A stretch of 64,000 nucleotides of DNA, taken from contig NC_068984.1 in NCBI RefSeq assembly GCF_001194135.2, forward strand, positions 59,252,434 to 59,316,433, read 5' to 3'. Under the pieces are notes generated by a model. That model was not told the DNA's origin. It did not search any database and saw nothing but the letters and a program-made list of their open reading frames with translations. Of this stretch, positions 62,214 to 64,000 are shown piece by piece. Position numbers and translations under genes: made by a program. Position 1 is the stretch's first letter. Every line of letters starts with the position of its first letter. Source of the stretch: Octopus bimaculoides. Its lineage: Eukaryota.

Positions 62214-64000
62214 GTAAGTAAACATTTTTCTTCAGTTGCAGTTGTAATTTTGCATTGTCAATCAAGTGTACATTTAATTTTTTTTTTTTAAGTTTATTTG
62301 GGTGGTAGGGTAGTGTTTTATTTTAATGACTTTACAAGTTAGTCACAGCCAATACCATTATGACCTTTGCAAGTCCTCTTTGTCAGGTGAGACTGATGTG
62401 GTTGATATTCAGTTACTTTAAAAATGTGTACATCAACAGCTACAAGGAAAATGTGGGTAGAGAGACTCCAGAAGGAAAGGCAGCTGTGTCTTGTTAATTT
62501 GGATGGAGTGGGGTATGCAGCTAGTTAGTCCAGATTAAAAGAAGCTATTGGAATGGTGGTGCAAGAGTTAGAGAGAGAAAAATCTGTGTATCTGTGAGCA
62601 TAGTGGTTGAAGCCTGTTGGTGAATGAATCTTTGCCAGTTACCATATTTTCTGGCATACAAGTCTACATAGTGTATAGTGTAAACATTCAAATACTGTCA
62701 CTGTCTTTCCAAACCCTGCTATATTTCAAAGTCAACTTGGTATGTAAGTAATCCTACCATTTTGGTGCTAAAAGATTCGATTTGTATGCTGGAAAATACA
62801 GTGACTGACTTGCATTGTTTTTAAATTCTTAAGCTGTCATATTTGTTAGTACTTGTTATTGAAACTAGTAACTCTCTTCAAATCCAATTTATGTAAAAGT
62901 ACTGGACTAACTAGTATTCACATAAAACTTTCCTGCAGTTGTTTTGGAGAACATGCATTCCTCAAGTTTGCCTCAGTTTTCATAGATGACCACAGATTCA
63001 ATAAGATTTAAAGAAGATAGTAGATTAGTTGCAAAAACCACTTTTTCTACCAATCTGCAAATCTTCCGTATTACTAAAAAGAATTCTTAAACTACTCTAC
63101 CATTTCTAGCATGATAAAATGAATGTCAAACAGTAAAGAAAGAAAATTGATTCTATTTTTTTATATACTAGCTTAGGTTGGATAGTTTTTGTGATTATTC
63201 ATGTTTACATAAATTATTGGAGATAACATATGTGTTTGAGCAATTTTTATTTACATATGCAATGGTGTGAAACAATTCTAACAAATCAAGCCTGTGACTG
63301 TAATTCAATTGTTGATTGTAATTTTTTCCATTAAACCATAAACAGACTTTGGAAAGATGTAAACATGTCCTTACCCATTCCCCAACCATCTGAAGTTAAT
63401 ACTCTGATAAGTGTTCTGAATTCTGATAAGTTTTCATCACACTAATGTAAGGAATAAATATTCAGTCTTATTTCAAAATACATAAACACATAGATATAAT
63501 CTGTGTTTTCCAGTTTTAAAATCTGTACACCATATCTCTGCATGTTGAGGTGACTAAATAAAATCAGAATTACTTGATTTGGTGTTGTTGTTTGAACATC
63601 GATGATTTGGCACAGCTGGCTGGACATTGAACCTGTTTTGGCAACAGTACGTTTTGGTGCTGGAAGCAAACACACACATACATACATGTGTGTATAGAAA
63701 TATTCACATATAGATAGTGAGAGGGAGAGAAAGAGCAACATTACAATTTATTAATTGAACATAACTGACATAAGAACTCTCCCTCTGCTCACACACATAA
63801 ACAGGAGAGAGACTGAAAGAAACGTTAAAACATCTGATGTCAAATAAGTCAGCATTGAATCAGCAAAAGCCAAATAAGTGGCACCAAAACAGCTGTTCCA
63901 AAATGTCTCAAGCCCTAAAAGGAGTGGCAACAGGGAGAGTATTAGGCCATAAAACACTGCCTCAAAATGAGAACCATGATGAGTGTGATACAAAATGGGA

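Noticed and set aside
63540-64000. Open frames at the window end as a candidate RMC1 exon 16 or an antisense membrane protein (63751-63993)
   Set aside because: No similarity to the expected next RMC1 segment and no convincing acceptor. More like a LINE inter-domain relic split by a microsatellite.

Overview
AT-rich, repeat-dense animal genomic DNA with 7 N-gaps. The repeat families and microsatellite style suggest an octopus (coleoid cephalopod) scaffold; this is an inference. Two protein-coding genes lie head-to-head, with their start codons only 162 bp apart. The first is a single-exon mitochondrial asparaginyl-tRNA synthetase (NARS2-like, 17256-18758, minus). The second is the 5' part of an RMC1/C18orf8 (Mic1, regulator of MON1-CCZ1) orthologue. 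I traced 15 GT-AG exons with continuous phase from 18921 to 62213 (446 codons); the gene continues past the window. RMC1 intron 12 has U12 (minor spliceosome) signals. The remainder is transposon-derived: a 3-kb 5'-truncated RTE LINE and many copies of its 3' tail, R4/Dong relics, mariner and Tc1 relics, hAT MITEs with perfect 8-bp TSDs, piggyBac-like and Helitron/Helentron-like non-autonomous elements, and two tRNA-derived SINE families, one forming a head-to-tail array. The most unusual element is a small non-coding retroelement. It has a tRNA-like Pol III head, an (AAT)n spacer and a tail that folds as a Penelope-type minimal hammerhead ribozyme. It occurs as head-to-head inverted composites flanked by 12-13-bp TSDs (32322-32832, 46984-47354). 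Nearly all other ORFs in the supplied track are spurious (microsatellites, gaps, repeat fragments).
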